A stretch of DNA of 64,000 bases, from the UHGV virus genome UHGV-0289908. One strand, given 5' to 3'. The notes under the pieces were generated by a model. It had not been told where the DNA came from. It did no database searches and saw only the letters and a list, made by a program, of their open reading frames with translations. The DNA is from a virus. Shown one piece after another: positions 46,839 to 56,280 of this stretch; position 1 is the first letter of the stretch, and the number at the start of each line of letters is the position of its first letter. The position numbers were made by a program, and so were the translations under genes.

Positions 46839-46865
46839 AATTAAATTTTATGAGGAGTGGTTGAC

Positions 46866-47018
46866 TTGCGTTGTGAGAAATGTGAATCTCTATGCGAAGA
46901 AGTTAGCAAAAACAACGAATTGCATGAAAGTTTTTATATAACTCATGAGCAATGGGTTGTTACGGTTGTTAAATTCAAGTGTTTGAATTGTGGACATGAG
47001 TTTACAGAAGAGTTTTAA
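46866..47018 (+). CDS. 50-aa Zn-ribbon peptide (TTG start)
   Basis: CEKCESLC ... CLNCGH; GAGGAG RBS. Confidence 0.35.
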   Translation: MRCEKCESLCEEVSKNNELHESFYITHEQWVVTVVKFKCLNCGHEFTEEF

Positions 47019-47051
47019 GAAATAAAATAGAACATTTATGAGGTGGTTAAA

Positions 47052-47231
47052 GTGGAAGAGTATTACAAAGTATTTTATGAAGAAGATAAAATCTTAAAGT
47101 GTGCAAGATATAGTTACGAAGATGAATGTAAAGCAATTAAAGTTGCAGATATGTATTCACAAAAAGAAAATGTAACAAACGTTCAAGTTTATAAATATGA
47201 AGTAGTTAGTACATTAATCAAGCAGTATTAA
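47052..47231 (+). CDS. 59-aa protein, paralog of 47892-48071
   Basis: VEEYYKVFYEEDKILKCARYSYEDECKAIKVADMYSQKENVTNVQVYKYEVVSTLIKQY vs MEEYYKVFYREDGILKCTRYGYDDEYEAQNVAEYYSQKDGIMDVEVHKYTITSELIRKY. Confidence 0.55.
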   Translation: MEEYYKVFYEEDKILKCARYSYEDECKAIKVADMYSQKENVTNVQVYKYEVVSTLIKQY

Positions 47232-47267
47232 TAAAATTAGATTTTATATGGGTTTAGGGGTGATGGT

Positions 47268-47429
47268 GTGAGCGAAGAATTATTTGAATATACAGATATT
47301 GATGGTGATTATATTCTTATTTACAAAAGTTTAGAAGAATACTACATTATGGTAAACGGTGGAACAGTTGAATTGCCAATAGAAGTTGTTCAACAAATGG
47401 TAAAGGTTCTTAGTTGTAAAAATAATTAA
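47268..47429 (+). CDS. 53-aa protein (GTG start), paralog of 46125-46286
   Basis: ~75% identical to 46125 ORF product. Confidence 0.5.
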   Translation: MSEELFEYTDIDGDYILIYKSLEEYYIMVNGGTVELPIEVVQQMVKVLSCKNN

Positions 47430-47464
47430 AATTAAATTTTAAAGGTATTAAGGAGAGGTTACTA

Positions 47465-47680
47465 ATGAGATGCAAGTTTAGAGTAGGAAGAAAATTAAAA
47501 ATTGATGATGATATGTTTATTATTGCAATGGTGGATTCTAAAAGGGAAACCTTATACAATTTGATAGATATTAATACAGGTGAGCGATGGTTTGCCTTTG
47601 CACTTGACCAACATAGGTTTCTTCTTGCTATACAAAAATTAGAGAAAGATTACGGTTTTGAGTTTGTTGATAGTAAATAA
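47465..47680 (+). CDS. small protein
   Basis: 71 aa; AAGGAGAGG RBS. Confidence 0.5.
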   Translation: MRCKFRVGRKLKIDDDMFIIAMVDSKRETLYNLIDINTGERWFAFALDQHRFLLAIQKLEKDYGFEFVDSK

Positions 47681-47718
47681 AATTAGACTTTTTATAAACA
47701 TTTAAGGAGGGAAGATGA

Positions 47719-47856
47719 ATGAATTTAACGAAAGAGGAACTTAAATTAATTATGGAAGCTATAAGACGTTTGTCACCAACGTATATAGTTAATTTTTATA
47801 GTTGGGAAGAGCTGGGAGTATTAGCAGATAAGCTGAAACAAGAGTATAATAAATAA
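47719..47856 (+). CDS. 45-aa peptide
   Basis: AAGGAGGG RBS; not in ORF track. Confidence 0.35.
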   Translation: MNLTKEELKLIMEAIRRLSPTYIVNFYSWEELGVLADKLKQEYNK

Positions 47857-47891
47857 AATTAAATACTTATAAACATTTGGGAGTGATTAGA

Positions 47892-48071
47892 ATGGAAGAA
47901 TACTACAAAGTTTTCTATCGTGAAGATGGAATTTTAAAATGTACCCGATATGGATATGATGATGAATATGAAGCTCAAAATGTTGCAGAATATTATTCTC
48001 AAAAAGATGGTATTATGGATGTAGAGGTTCACAAATACACAATTACTAGCGAACTTATAAGAAAATATTAA
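47892..48071 (+). CDS. 59-aa protein, paralog of 47052-47231
   Basis: GGGAGTGA RBS; see paralog alignment. Confidence 0.55.
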   Translation: MEEYYKVFYREDGILKCTRYGYDDEYEAQNVAEYYSQKDGIMDVEVHKYTITSELIRKY

Positions 48072-48097
48072 TTATAGGAGGATAATATAACAAGACA

Positions 48098-48298
48098 ATG
48101 AAAATAGGTGAATTTAAGGTCGAATGCGTGTTTTACAACAAAAAGCAAAACATAAGAATACCAATGTGTCAAATATTTAGCGATAAGGCTCATGTTGATT
48201 GTTGGGTAGAATGGTTAAAAAACCAAGATGAAATAGTTACGATTACAGTAACAAAACAAACAAAATACGGTGAAGAAACAATATTATATTGGTGGTAG
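48098..48298 (+). CDS. small protein
   Basis: 66 aa; weak RBS. Confidence 0.4.
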   Translation: MKIGEFKVECVFYNKKQNIRIPMCQIFSDKAHVDCWVEWLKNQDEIVTITVTKQTKYGEETILYWW

Positions 48299-48341
48299 TA
48301 AATAAAATCAGAATTTAACTGACATTTAAGGAGAGGTCGAT

Positions 48342-48512
48342 ATGAAAGTTTATATTGTTGTGGAATATAGAGGAGTATCTCTTGAATATGTTGAATCTAC
48401 AATCATTAAAGTTTTCAAAAATGAAAAACAAGCACATGATTTTGTAAGATTAAATGAAAACGAATGTGGGTATCGAGAATGGTTGGAAGTTGAAGAGTTT
48501 GAGTGCGAGTAA
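48342..48512 (+). CDS. 56-aa acidic protein
   Basis: AAGGAGAGG RBS; preferred over overlapping minus-strand ORF 48450-48710. Confidence 0.45.
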   Translation: MKVYIVVEYRGVSLEYVESTIIKVFKNEKQAHDFVRLNENECGYREWLEVEEFECE

Positions 48513-48540
48513 AAAATAGACTTTTATAAGGAGTAATAGT

Positions 48541-48714
48541 GTGGAAACGTTATGGATACAAGTTAAGGTTGATAAAAGAAATGGTGAAATTGTCATGTAT
48601 GATAGTTCACTTCCAAAAGAGTTTTTAAAGACAGAAAAACAACATGAAGAGTTTTTTGAATTGTGTATGGATTTTAAAAATAAATTACAAATACTTAAAG
48701 ATAAAAGCAAATAA
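48541..48714 (+). CDS. 57-aa protein (GTG start)
   Basis: AAGGAG RBS 5 nt upstream. Confidence 0.3.
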   Translation: METLWIQVKVDKRNGEIVMYDSSLPKEFLKTEKQHEEFFELCMDFKNKLQILKDKSK

Positions 48715-48748
48715 GGTCAAAATTTGATGGACTTGTAGGAGGAATAAT

Positions 48749-48898
48749 ATGGTTAAGTTAAAAGAGATTCAAAGCATTATTAGTAGCCTAGATGGTGACT
48801 ATAATGTAATTATCTGTCCAACAGATGGAGACGGTTCTAACGATACTATTATTGAAATAAATATTTCTCAAGGAACAGTTTACATTAAGTGTGAATAA
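48749..48898 (+). CDS. 49-aa protein
   Basis: AGGAGG RBS 7 nt upstream of ATG. Confidence 0.4.
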   Translation: MVKLKEIQSIISSLDGDYNVIICPTDGDGSNDTIIEINISQGTVYIKCE

Positions 48899-48930
48899 AA
48901 GAATCATTTTACAGTATGAAAGGAGAAGTA

Positions 48931-49611
48931 AAAGTGTACATCATATACTGTCCAAAATGTAAACATGAGAATAAGGTTACTGATGATGAACAAAATAAAA
49001 TCAAGAGTTATTACCCATCTTTAGGTGATGGTTGGGGTGCTCGTATTAATTTAGTTGATTGCCCTATTTGCAATTATCAACTATGTGGGTTAGCTCCATT
49101 ATTGGTTGGCGACAAAAATGATGAAGTTCATTTAAAAGATAGAATTGATGCCTACGTCAGTCCAACAGAGCATTATTATTTAAACGATAATGAAATTGAA
49201 CAGATACTAGAGCGTATTGAAATTGAAAAAGGAAAACATAAATCATTGAAAGAATTAAGAAACAAAAATAAATTAGAAGATTCAATCATATATGCCAAAC
49301 GCAAAAATGAAATTCCACATAATGTGGCACAGACAATAAAAGATGACATATTTCATGGTTTTATAGAGCCATTGGGGGCGACAACTTTAAGTCGCTTCTA
49401 CTTACGTGAGGATGAGGAAATGCCTAATCCAAGAGTTTGTCAAATTCTTTCAGTAGGAGAGCTACTAGACCAGTTACAAAACATACCTAAAGACTATGCT
49501 ATTTTAACACAACATGATTTCAATAAGAAGTATTCCGAACCAATAGTAAGAGTATTGAATGATTCAAAAGAAGTGATTATTCTTGATTGTGGAGTTGACA
49601 AAAATGACTAG
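48931..49611 (+). CDS. protein with N-terminal Zn-ribbon (GTG start)
   Basis: ~226 aa; CPKCKHENKV...CPICNYQLC; AAAGGAG RBS. Confidence 0.55.
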   Translation, partial: KVYIIYCPKCKHENKVTDDEQNKIKSYYPSLGDGWGARINLVDCPICNYQLCGLAPLLVGDKNDEVHLKDRIDAYVSPTEHYYLNDNEIEQILERIEIEKGKHKSLKELRNKNKLEDSIIYAKRKNEIPHNVAQTIKDDIFHGFIEPLGATTLSRFYLREDEEMPNPRVCQILSVGELLDQLQNIPKDYAILTQHDFNKKYSEPIVRVLNDSKEVIILDCGVDKND

Positions 49612-49780
49612 ACCAAAGCCGAAGTATTTTGAATATCATTGCAACAAGTGTGGAAATCTGCTACACCCTATGAACCATAATTATTCACGATTGAAATTAG
49701 ATATGTCTTGGCAAAACTACTATTGTTATGAGTGCAAACGAGTAATGTATACAGATTGTGGTTGGGATGGTAAGAAATAA
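49604..49780 (+). CDS. 58-aa double CxxC Zn-ribbon protein
   Basis: CNKCGN...CYECKR; GGAG RBS. Confidence 0.45.
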   Translation: MTRPKPKYFEYHCNKCGNLLHPMNHNYSRLKLDMSWQNYYCYECKRVMYTDCGWDGKK

Positions 49781-50002
49781 AAATCATTTTTAAACAAAAA
49801 GGAGTGATTAATATGGCGATTAATGGTTATACAAAAGACGAAATGTAGTTTGCAAAAATGTGTTACCAATTTGCTAGTCTTGGTGTTTATGAACTGTTCG
49901 GAAGAAAACTAACTGTTGATTTAAAATTTATGGATTGATATATGAATTCAAGGTATACTAAAAAGTAATAAAATAACTGTTATAAGTGAAAGGAGGAATA
50001 TC

Positions 50003-50221
50003 ATGAATGGTAAGAGATTGACAATACACATTTTGGGGACGTTGATAGTGTTCGCTACAATAACAATGGCAACATCAAGAGTCTTATCAGAAATTGAACA
50101 AAGTATATTCAGTGAGACAGAAGTCCTTATCATGTTTGGATTTTGTTGTGTGGTGTTAGGGACAGAGCTTAAGAGCTATATAATTGAATATTGGTACTAC
50201 AAATACAACATGGTAGATTAA
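50003..50221 (+). CDS. small two-TM membrane protein
   Basis: 72 aa; AAAGGAGG RBS. Confidence 0.55.
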   Translation: MNGKRLTIHILGTLIVFATITMATSRVLSEIEQSIFSETEVLIMFGFCCVVLGTELKSYIIEYWYYKYNMVD

Positions 50222-50257
50222 AACAATCGTAACAATTTTAAAATAAATACTTAAACA

Positions 50258-50288
50258 TGTTGACTAAAAAGTCAATCTGTGATATTAT
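50258..50288 (+). promoter_or_regulatory. early promoter with dyad TTGAC-N6-GTCAA
   Basis: catgTTGACTaaaaagtcaatctgTGaTATTAT. Confidence 0.6.
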
Positions 50289-50375
50289 ATATACATAAGT
50301 TGGTTATGGTTTTGCCCCTCCTCTTCTCACTGAGAGAGGAGCAACAAGACCACAACTAGGAAGGAGGAGAAAGAT

Positions 50376-50672
50376 ATGATAAAGGTTAATAAAGGAGCAA
50401 TTACAAAAGCAATTCGTGACGCTCGATACTACTACAACATGGGAATTGAGGTCAAGTCGGTAATTGCAAGAATCAATAATGAGCGTCTTGAATACGCAGT
50501 GTCAACAAAACAAACAAAACAAACAGAACACCCAACAGAGGATATACTGGATTTAACAGGATTAGTCAACGAATATTTATACAAGAATACTTTGAATTTA
50601 ACTAAGGCAACAGCTAAAGCATACAAAATGGTACAGGAGTTTGTATCTACCAAGGAGGAGGAGCAATGTTAG
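50376..50672 (+). CDS. early protein
   Basis: 98 aa; GGAAGGAGG RBS. Confidence 0.55.
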   Translation: MIKVNKGAITKAIRDARYYYNMGIEVKSVIARINNERLEYAVSTKQTKQTEHPTEDILDLTGLVNEYLYKNTLNLTKATAKAYKMVQEFVSTKEEEQC

Positions 50673-51046
50673 AGAAAGCACTAAAAACAGCGACATTGAC
50701 ACACATGGAAGTGTGTCGCAGATTAAAGGCAGACAAAGGGTTGTTATCACGAACTATTAGATGTACAACTTATCGCCCAAAGGTATTTTACGATTCTTTA
50801 TACGACCTATTGCATGAGTATGGAGGGATTGTTCCCATTAACAATGAGATGGACATTCGTGCCTACCCTAGCGGTCAAGACCGAGGAACATGGAGCATTT
50901 ACTACAAAGGAGAGTTTCTTACAACTCTACGTTTCACAAATTACAATGATGTATTAGAGTTTGTCAAAGGTGATGAGCGATTCAAAGCAATCAGTTCATT
51001 TGCTCGCAGTACCACAGAGTTCGATAACGATATCCGACTTAAATAA
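50666..51046 (+). CDS. early protein
   Basis: 126 aa; AAGGAGGAGG RBS; overlaps upstream stop. Confidence 0.55.
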   Translation: MLEKALKTATLTHMEVCRRLKADKGLLSRTIRCTTYRPKVFYDSLYDLLHEYGGIVPINNEMDIRAYPSGQDRGTWSIYYKGEFLTTLRFTNYNDVLEFVKGDERFKAISSFARSTTEFDNDIRLK

Positions 51047-51068
51047 GTTGGATATATTTTAAAACAAA

Positions 51069-51099
51069 GTGTTGACAATGTAGTCAATACATGGTAATA
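51069..51099 (+). promoter_or_regulatory. early promoter with dyad TTGAC-N6-GTCAA
   Basis: aaagTGTTGACAatgtagtcaatacaTGgTAATAT. Confidence 0.6.
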
Positions 51100-51143
51100 T
51101 AAGAGTATAGAGGAAAACAAATAGAATAAAGGAGGACACAAGA

Positions 51144-51389
51144 ATGTCAAAGATGAAAACAAAAACGATGAAACTAGAAATCGGAGCAAAGAAGGATATC
51201 GTGGTTATGGTGCATGACGCACCAATCTATGAAGACTGCAAGTCGTTAACTCAGCTATTTGAAGGGGTGATTCAAAGAGGAATTAAACTCGGTCAAAAGA
51301 TTGAAGCATGGAAGTTTTATGACACTTCTTGTAGCTATCGTTTTGTTAAGAAGGATAATGACCGCAGACTATACTTCCAGTCTTGCTAA
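51144..51389 (+). CDS. small early protein
   Basis: 81 aa; AAAGGAGG RBS. Confidence 0.55.
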   Translation: MSKMKTKTMKLEIGAKKDIVVMVHDAPIYEDCKSLTQLFEGVIQRGIKLGQKIEAWKFYDTSCSYRFVKKDNDRRLYFQSC

Positions 51390-51489
51390 ATCTTTTAAAA
51401 GTTAGCATATAATTGAATAACTCTCTGATTATTTGCTATAATAAGAACGTAGTAAACAAATAAAACAAATTAATATGAGGTGAACAACT

Positions 51490-51921
51490 ATGGAAAGCAA
51501 GCAAATCGAAGTAATGTCAAAAGGGCAATTTGAATTGTTAGGAAAAGCAGAGCAAGTTCGCTTAATGGAACTTTGGAGACAACAGCATACCAACAAAGAA
51601 ATCTTTGAAGCAATGGGATACACTTCTCACCAGTTCTACAAAATAATTAATAGGCTAGGGGTTAAGGCAAAAGATAACGCTCCATCCGCTACAAAACTTC
51701 GAACAGAAGACGATTTAGAAACAAAGTCGGTCGAAACAGGAACTCCCACAATGGAGCGGGTTCTTGAACTCGCTTCAAATGAATCACAAGACACAAAAAC
51801 AATCAGTATCTCTGTTTCTGATACTGTTGATAAAGAAGGGGCGACGGCTCTATTCCAAAGCATACTATCATTCCTATCAACTGGTGGGGAATACAACGTA
51901 ACAATCGAGGTATCAAAATAA
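51490..51921 (+). CDS. putative HTH DNA-binding protein (regulator)
   Basis: 143 aa; N-terminal HTH-like KEIFEAMGYTSHQFYKIINRLGV shared with 52320 ORF product. Confidence 0.5.
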   Translation: MESKQIEVMSKGQFELLGKAEQVRLMELWRQQHTNKEIFEAMGYTSHQFYKIINRLGVKAKDNAPSATKLRTEDDLETKSVETGTPTMERVLELASNESQDTKTISISVSDTVDKEGATALFQSILSFLSTGGEYNVTIEVSK

Positions 51922-51954
51922 TAATCATGGTGCAGATTATTATTTTCAAAAAAC

Positions 51955-51985
51955 CATTGACTGAATAGGCAACAAATGGTACAAT
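51955..51985 (+). promoter_or_regulatory. early promoter
   Basis: aaaaccaTTGACTgaataggcaacaaaTGgTACAAT. Confidence 0.5.
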
Positions 51986-52083
51986 AAAGAAGTCGAGATT
52001 TGTAGTTCAAAACTCCCTCTCAATAAATCCATTGGGGAGGAGGAACGGGACTATAAACCCGAGAATTGAATGAGAGGAGGGTT

Positions 52084-52287
52084 AGTGTGAAAGAGTATCA
52101 AGAAGAGATATTTGTTGACAAGGTCTTACGAATTGTTGATGGAGAGCTTCGCCAATTAGAACGAATGTTGGAATCAATGAATGGTGATGAAGTACAGATT
52201 GCCCATCTTCGAGGAGAGAGGTCACGTTTATTACAGATGAAAGGTATCTTCGAGGAGCACAAGCAGGAATTAAATTCTAATACTTAA
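52084..52287 (+). CDS. small helical protein (GTG start)
   Basis: 67 aa; GAGGAGGG RBS. Confidence 0.45.
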   Translation, partial: SVKEYQEEIFVDKVLRIVDGELRQLERMLESMNGDEVQIAHLRGERSRLLQMKGIFEEHKQELNSNT

Positions 52288-52319
52288 GGCAGTGCTATGA
52301 TACATAAAGGAGATAATAC

Positions 52320-52934
52320 ATGGAAAACATCGAGAGAATGATTAGTAGTGACATTAAGACTATGAAAAGGATTGGTCATAATGTTAAACGTCAAAAAGGG
52401 AAAAGAGGTCTAGGCACAGGGAATTTTGACCCATTGCGTGGCATGACTCAACGACAAATTGCGAAACTACATGGAGAGACGAAGGTGTACGATATGACAA
52501 AAATTTTAAACAAAGATGAATTCAATAAATTAGATGAAACAATGAAGAAAATCCATTTAGAATCTTGGCGAGCACGATTCTCTACAGAAGAGATTGTTCA
52601 AGGAATGGGGATTGCGTCTCCAACCTATTATAAATACTGTAGGAAGCTAGGGGTTACAGGAGGAGATGCACCTCGCAAGAACATGAAACGCAATCCAAAA
52701 AAACAAGGAGATGAGAAAGTGGCGACCATTATTGATTTACCAGTAAAGGAAGAGGTTGTAGAACAATCAGCAACAGTCACTCCAATGGAAGAGATTTCAA
52801 CTAAGAAGGTATCAGCATTACTTACTTTAGACGAAACAGTGAGTGGGGAGAAATTAGCGGCTCGATTACGAGCAATCGCAGAACTTGTCAACGACGACGA
52901 AACATATACTATCAACATGACTCTTGAGCGTTAA
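52320..52934 (+). CDS. putative DNA-binding regulator with two HTH-like segments
   Basis: 204 aa; TQRQIAKLHG and EEIVQGMGIASPTYYKYCRKLGV; second is paralogous to 51490 product. Confidence 0.5.
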   Translation: MENIERMISSDIKTMKRIGHNVKRQKGKRGLGTGNFDPLRGMTQRQIAKLHGETKVYDMTKILNKDEFNKLDETMKKIHLESWRARFSTEEIVQGMGIASPTYYKYCRKLGVTGGDAPRKNMKRNPKKQGDEKVATIIDLPVKEEVVEQSATVTPMEEISTKKVSALLTLDETVSGEKLAARLRAIAELVNDDETYTINMTLER

Positions 52935-52948
52935 AATAAGTATGAATT

Positions 52949-52996
52949 AAAAGAGCTTACGATTAACGTAGGCTCTTTTGGTTTGGGTTTATTTTA
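52949..52996. terminator. bidirectional rho-independent terminator between convergent operons
   Basis: AAGAGCTTACGattaaCGTAGGCTCTT stem followed by TTTTGGTTTGGGTTTATTTT. Confidence 0.55.
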
Positions 52997-55322
52997 ACTT
53001 AAAGAACTTGTCTTGCAAGTGTACAACAAATTCAAATTTTTCATTATCATAGGTGGTGGTCACAAGAGCATGTCGAGGTTTGAGTTCCTTGATTTCATCC
53101 CATGAGAAGCTCACGAGGTCGTCTTCAATACTCTTAACTGCTTCTCGCTTAACCCCACTTAAGATAAATAGATTCAGACCCGAGCTGTTAATACTAGACA
53201 AGGCATGTTGGAACTGATTTAAGTTATGACATGCAAATAAAGTTGATAGTCGGTGTCGTCTAAATTGAGTGATGTATTTAGCAAGGAAGTCGCTAGTATT
53301 TGGAATCATTTTCACCTCATCTAGCAACAAGTGAGTGAGCTTTAATTGACTGCCTTTTCGGGTCTGACATGTGAGCCACAACTTGGTACAGAAGAATGTG
53401 GTAAGAATATCCCGAACACAATCATCTGTAAACTCTGTTTGTGGAATTTGGATAAACACAATCTTGTTCTCATCAATGTATCTATTAAAGTCAATAGAGT
53501 TATCAACAGGGGAACTAAAGAATTCAATCAAGCGTAGGTCTAAAGACTGAATCCCTGCAAAGCGATTCATGATTCCTTTAATATCCGACATGCGAGTACT
53601 TGACTCCCCTTTGTCATCTTTTGTGAGATACAATAGGTTTTTAATATCTACATGGTCTTCACTATAGATATTGTTTGCGATTGCCTTGGAAACATACATA
53701 CTTCTTATGTCGCAATCTTCTAAACAATAATAAACATCCATGATGGTCGCTTGAGGGGTGGTAGCGAATACCACTCGGCAAGCAGAAGATAAATATTTTA
53801 ACATTTGACTGGAAAGCGGTTCTGTAGCTCCAAAGGTGACTCCATTTAATAGTTCACATAATTGAGCAGAAATGAAGTTAGCCCCCTTTAATCTATCTCT
53901 AGGGTTCTTGCTTTCAAGCAATGGGCGAACCTCATTATATCCCAATCCTAAGATGTTGTCACTTTCAGAGTAGTTATGAAGATTGATTACCTCAACACGA
54001 CTTCTATCAAGATACGGTAATACCTCATTGGTTAGCTCGCAATCTTGAACATAATCAATGACTATAAGAGGTTGACCGAGTTTGTAAACTTCGTAAATGT
54101 AATTTTGCATAAAGGTGGTTTTCCCTCCACCTTGGGTACAGACCAGAGCCTTTGATTGAGCAAGGTCATCATTCTTGGAACTAAAGCTCACGGGAACTTC
54201 TTGTCCTCCTCGATTATATAATCCCATTTTTAAATACTCATCAAATGCCTGTTGAGGTAAATCCGTTTGAGTATTTGCAATGGCTTTTAACTGCTTGTAC
54301 TGTCGTTGCATGGTTTTATTTGGAAGCGTTACCATTTGTTGAATCTCTTTTGTATTCAATACCTGTGGGAACAGGAAGCTATAGCGACCCATTTCACGTT
54401 TAATTTTGATAACGGGAGTCATATCTGTTGGTTTAAGAGCATTGTCCCCGTCTAGGGTTCTGAATGCTACAATTAAACTATTCAGATTCTCACGTCTTCG
54501 GATATCATTTTGACTGTAGCTGAACAACCGAATACGAGTGTTGAATCCTTCATACATGGTTTTGTCCGTCTTGATGGAGTTCGTTCCACGCATAGCATAA
54601 GAATGTTTCTTTTCCTTTTTGACTGGCTCAACATCAAGAATCGCTTCGAAGATATCCTCGATAATTTCAACCACATAATCTATTATATTCTCATAGAACC
54701 ATATATATGCTTTCATCAAAAAGTTTCGACTAGATGTAACGTCTTTTCCTTGACGATAGGCTTCGTATTTGCTATCTGCTGATTCATGCCACCAATTATT
54801 AATTGGCTCAAGTAGGAGTTGAAACAGTAACTTATCGTCCTCCATTAAGCCATGTGTTACATTCAACACAGAGCCTAATGGAGAATGACTACGTCCATCT
54901 GTCAATAATGACATAAAGAAATGATTTTTTAATTCTAGGTCGCAGGTTAGAGAATTATCATTTTCAAAAACATGAATATAGTCCTCAGTTTCTGCGACTC
55001 CAATATTCCCCCAACTATTTTTGACCTTGTTCTGAATAAATGAGTCATATCGAGTTGGGATTGCGAGAGTGAATTTAATCTGCTGTTTACTTAAAAGGAT
55101 TTCATAGGTCGTGACATCTTTTCTGTGACACGACCATTTCATTCCATCTCGCTTGATTCTATCTTTTAAGTCCCGATTAACTTGGTGAAGAGCCTTTACC
55201 AACTCGTCGCTACAGTGAACATTATCTATAGTAGCGTCGGGAATAAGTTGATACAAAGTGTGAGTATCCTTGATTCGTTCAAAGCCTATATTAATAGGTA
55301 GGGCTTTTGGTTGAAGATTCAT
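52989..55322 (-). CDS. 777-aa P-loop NTPase (VirB4/TraC-like size and Walker-A placement), last gene of membrane-protein operon
   Basis: Start MNLQPK after AAGGAGGG RBS (ATGA overlap with upstream gene); Walker A CTQGGGKTT near residue 430; Walker-B-like PLIVIDY. Confidence 0.6.
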   Translation of the reverse strand: MNLQPKALPINIGFERIKDTHTLYQLIPDATIDNVHCSDELVKALHQVNRDLKDRIKRDGMKWSCHRKDVTTYEILLSKQQIKFTLAIPTRYDSFIQNKVKNSWGNIGVAETEDYIHVFENDNSLTCDLELKNHFFMSLLTDGRSHSPLGSVLNVTHGLMEDDKLLFQLLLEPINNWWHESADSKYEAYRQGKDVTSSRNFLMKAYIWFYENIIDYVVEIIEDIFEAILDVEPVKKEKKHSYAMRGTNSIKTDKTMYEGFNTRIRLFSYSQNDIRRRENLNSLIVAFRTLDGDNALKPTDMTPVIKIKREMGRYSFLFPQVLNTKEIQQMVTLPNKTMQRQYKQLKAIANTQTDLPQQAFDEYLKMGLYNRGGQEVPVSFSSKNDDLAQSKALVCTQGGGKTTFMQNYIYEVYKLGQPLIVIDYVQDCELTNEVLPYLDRSRVEVINLHNYSESDNILGLGYNEVRPLLESKNPRDRLKGANFISAQLCELLNGVTFGATEPLSSQMLKYLSSACRVVFATTPQATIMDVYYCLEDCDIRSMYVSKAIANNIYSEDHVDIKNLLYLTKDDKGESSTRMSDIKGIMNRFAGIQSLDLRLIEFFSSPVDNSIDFNRYIDENKIVFIQIPQTEFTDDCVRDILTTFFCTKLWLTCQTRKGSQLKLTHLLLDEVKMIPNTSDFLAKYITQFRRHRLSTLFACHNLNQFQHALSSINSSGLNLFILSGVKREAVKSIEDDLVSFSWDEIKELKPRHALVTTTYDNEKFEFVVHLQDKFFKLK

Positions 55323-55663
55323 ATAATCCCTCCTTGAACGATACAGGCACATATGTATACTATAGCACTAAAATATAATCCTGTAAAGGTTTTTTCGTTG
55401 TCATCTCCAAACATTAGGCGGTAACAATAATATGCAAAGAATGCCACAGAGCCGATGGTGGCAATCTCCACAGCTCCTGCGAGCAACATGTCAAGTAATC
55501 GGTTTAAGAAGTTCATTAATGCGTCACTGATAGCGTCTCCAACTGCTTGGATAACTTCGGATATTTGTTGAGCTACCCAACCTTTGCTAGCCCCTTCGTC
55601 TGCAATATTGGTAAGAACGACAGGGACACTTTTTATTAATTGTCCGTTCACTTTAACTATCAT
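55319..55663 (-). CDS. membrane protein (two C-terminal TM helices)
   Basis: 114 aa; ATGA coupling at both ends. Confidence 0.55.
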   Translation of the reverse strand: MIVKVNGQLIKSVPVVLTNIADEGASKGWVAQQISEVIQAVGDAISDALMNFLNRLLDMLLAGAVEIATIGSVAFFAYYCYRLMFGDDNEKTFTGLYFSAIVYICACIVQGGII

Positions 55664-56163
55664 AATACCCCTCCAATCATATGGATGACATTTTGAGCCA
55701 CCTCTACTGCCCCAGTGACAGCACCTTCCATTAATCCCTCTTTCACAGATTCTACATAAGTCTCAATAAAGTACATAATTCCATCTAAAGCAATTAGTAA
55801 AGTATATCCCATGGCAACATCCTTAAATTGTCGAATAGCTCCTTTGGGGTCTCCTCCGCACATGCGATAGATAGCTTTTGCTCCATTTACATAAAAGATG
55901 ATACGTCCTGCATCAAATAGGATAGGAAGAAGGACGGGGGATAATTTGTCCCATAGTCCAACCCCTCCTGTCATATTCATAACTGTAAATCCAGTTGCTA
56001 TGGCAACAGGAACAGCAGAACACTTCATTTTCAATGCGACAGGTTTCGACAAATCTTTTTCAAAGAGAACTGGAACATTTACAATTTCAACCTCAGCTTG
56101 TTTCCCCATTTCAATTCTATGTGTTGAGTAGTTTTCAGTTAAGTTTAAAACATTATTAATCAT
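55660..56163 (-). CDS. polytopic membrane protein
   Basis: ~167 aa from MINNVLNL after AAGGGGGA RBS; several hydrophobic segments. Confidence 0.55.
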   Translation of the reverse strand: MINNVLNLTENYSTHRIEMGKQAEVEIVNVPVLFEKDLSKPVALKMKCSAVPVAIATGFTVMNMTGGVGLWDKLSPVLLPILFDAGRIIFYVNGAKAIYRMCGGDPKGAIRQFKDVAMGYTLLIALDGIMYFIETYVESVKEGLMEGAVTGAVEVAQNVIHMIGGVL

Positions 56164-56176
56164 TTTCATTTCCCCC

Positions 56177-56278
56177 TTATTTACGTTTTTTACTTTTCTT
56201 ATAAGCCACAACTGCCCCAGTTAATAAAGCCAATGAAACTGTAGACCCGATTCTAAATAATAAAGCAACTTCAAACAT
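56177..56278 (-). CDS. 33-aa single-TM peptide
   Basis: MFEVALLFRIGSTVSLALLTGAVVAYKKSKKRK after AAAGGAGGGAGA RBS. Confidence 0.45.
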   Translation of the reverse strand: MFEVALLFRIGSTVSLALLTGAVVAYKKSKKRK

Positions 56279-56280
56279 GA

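Noticed and set aside
48450-48710. 86-aa minus-strand ORF in the micro-gene array
   Set aside because: Overlaps two plus-strand ORFs that have RBSs and follow the unidirectional early operon; hydrophobic low-complexity translation typical of antisense AT-rich DNA.
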